Assembly: GCA_041739675.1 (NCBI GenBank)
Contig: JBGSNL010000083.1
Location: forward strand, 1-37,212
DNA length: 37,212 nt
Reading direction: 5' to 3'
Source: a bacterium
Lineage (GTDB): Bacteria; UBA10199; 2-02-FULL-44-16; DYJF01
In this document: positions 36,118 to 37,212 of the stretch, piece after piece
Layout of the letters: every line of letters starts with the position of its first letter
Position numbering within the stretch: position 1 is the first letter of the stretch
Position numbers and translations under genes: made by a program
Notes under the pieces: model-generated
Told to the model about the DNA's origin: nothing
What the model saw: only the letters and a program-made list of their open reading frames with translations
Database searches by the model: none

Positions 36118-37019
36118 GCCCGCACCTGATTTCTGCCGCCCTCTTTTGCGGCATAAAGCTGCTGATCGGCGGCATCGAGAAGGGCTTTCGGCGAATCGAA
36201 GTTCGCTCCCTTGAGCGTGGATACGCCGATGCTTATGGTGGATGTGATGGTGTGTCCTTCGAACTGAAGCGGGTTTTTCTCAATTGAGAGTCTGATCCTC
36301 TCTGCGAGAAGAACGGCCCCATCCTTTTCTATGCCGCGTAAGATGACGACGAACTCCTCGCCGCCGTAGCGCGCGAGGATGTCTTCGTTTCTTATCGTTT
36401 CGCCGATGCGCTTCACAATGTGCGAGAGGACAAAATCCCCGGCAAGGTGGCCGTATGTGTCGTTCACTTTTTTGAAAAAATCTATGTCGATCATGAGGAG
36501 CGAAAGGGGATGGGAAGTTCTTTTTGCGTGGCTGAATTCCTCTTCAAGGCGGCGCAGGAAAACGTGCTTGTTGTAGATGCCCGTTACCGCGTCGAAGTTG
36601 GCCATGTTGTAGAACTCGTCGTGGAACATCCTTTCGCCCTTGTCGCCGTATGCGAACTTTATCACGGTTGAAGAAGATATCTGTATTTTGTCACCGTCTC
36701 TTAAGAGATAGGCCCCTTTCAACTTGCTGCCGTTGACGTACGTGCCGTTCGTGGAGCCCATGTCTTCGATAGTTGCGTCGCCTTCGGCAACGTTGATCTT
36801 GAAATGATGGCGGGATATGCGGGCGTCGTTGATGTGGATATCCACTTCATCGGCGCGCCCGACGAGCGTCTCTTTTTTCTCCAGACAGTAGAGTTTACCC
36901 TGCAGCGGGCCCGATAAGAAGAGGATGTAGGCGCGTCTGTCGGTTATTTCATCGAGTTTTTCGATGGAGGTGATAACTGTCTTGTCTACAACCTCGTCGT
37001 CTGGTTTCTTGTCGGTCAT
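36114..37019 (-). CDS. FHA-GGDEF diguanylate cyclase (DgcB-like architecture)
   Basis: [23 protein letters not shown] with RNED I-site; RBS AAGGA before ATG 37019. Confidence 0.9.
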   Translation of the reverse strand: MTDKKPDDEVVDKTVITSIEKLDEITDRRAYILFLSGPLQGKLYCLEKKETLVGRADEVDIHINDARISRHHFKINVAEGDATIEDMGSTNGTYVNGSKLKGAYLLRDGDKIQISSSTVIKFAYGDKGERMFHDEFYNMANFDAVTGIYNKHVFLRRLEEEFSHAKRTSHPLSLLMIDIDFFKKVNDTYGHLAGDFVLSHIVKRIGETIRNEDILARYGGEEFVVILRGIEKDGAVLLAERIRLSIEKNPLQFEGHTITSTISIGVSTLKGANFDSPKALLDAADQQLYAAKEGGRNQVRA

Positions 37020-37035
37020 GGTTTTCCTTATAAAG

Positions 37036-37059
37036 CGCAAAGTCGCAAAGAGCGCAAAG
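37036..37059 (+). repeat. 3 x CGCAAAG short repeat, intergenic
   Basis: CGCAAAG at 37036, 37044, 37053. Confidence 0.6.
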
Positions 37060-37067
37060 AAAAAATT

Positions 37068-37212
37068 TTAAGGATTTGCGGGCGGCATTACGGGCATTTG
37101 CGGTTGCGTTCCTGCGGGCTCCGGAGAAGGAGCCGGTTCCGCCGCGGGAGCGGGTTGCGGAGCCGGAGCAGGCTGCTCTGCTGCTGCCGGCTGTGGCGGC
37201 GCGGCTGGCGGC
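37068..37212 (-). CDS. 3' end of a CDS with Pro/Ala-rich tail (runs off the window)
   Basis: Reverse frame reads ...PQPAAAEQPAPAPQPAPAAEPAPSPEPAGTQPQMPVMPPANP-stop. Confidence 0.6.
   Translation of the reverse strand, partial: PPAAPPQPAAAEQPAPAPQPAPAAEPAPSPEPAGTQPQMPVMPPANP

Overview
Bacterial chromosomal window, probably from a deltaproteobacterial-type (Bdellovibrionota/Myxococcota-like) lineage; this is inferred from gene content only. Housekeeping genes: peroxiredoxin, msrBA, hutI, a beta-barrel porin, tkt, tRNA-Ala(GGC), bifunctional ftcd, an OPA-MFS/G1P-dehydrogenase/HAD/rlmN/mtnP/recO/TonB run, and FHA-GGDEF-folD-gcvT-gcvH-gcvPA-gcvPB. Three unexplained layers are superimposed. (1) A 48-bp GC-rich palindromic element, free of stop codons in all six frames, sits in frame inside both hutI and ftcd (different reading frames, one compensatory base-pair change). 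A 44-bp variant lies in non-coding DNA. (2) Two giant signal-peptide-less orphan proteins (about 1,580 and 1,550 aa) and a transglutaminase-TPR gene share an upstream GCAACTTTT..CGA sigma28-like promoter with identical spacing, suggesting a co-regulated, possibly secreted effector set. One giant has two N-terminal CxxCH motifs and the other a degenerate UbiB/ABC1 kinase C-lobe. (3) An AT-rich, cassette-like array of small genes at 0-2.4 kb is separated by an 82-bp non-attC repeat. Other oddities are a tkt start codon 1 nt after the tRNA CCA end, a nested inverted-repeat element between mtnP and recO, and a lipobox-bearing Prx6. All family assignments are from motif recognition by eye, with no database searches.
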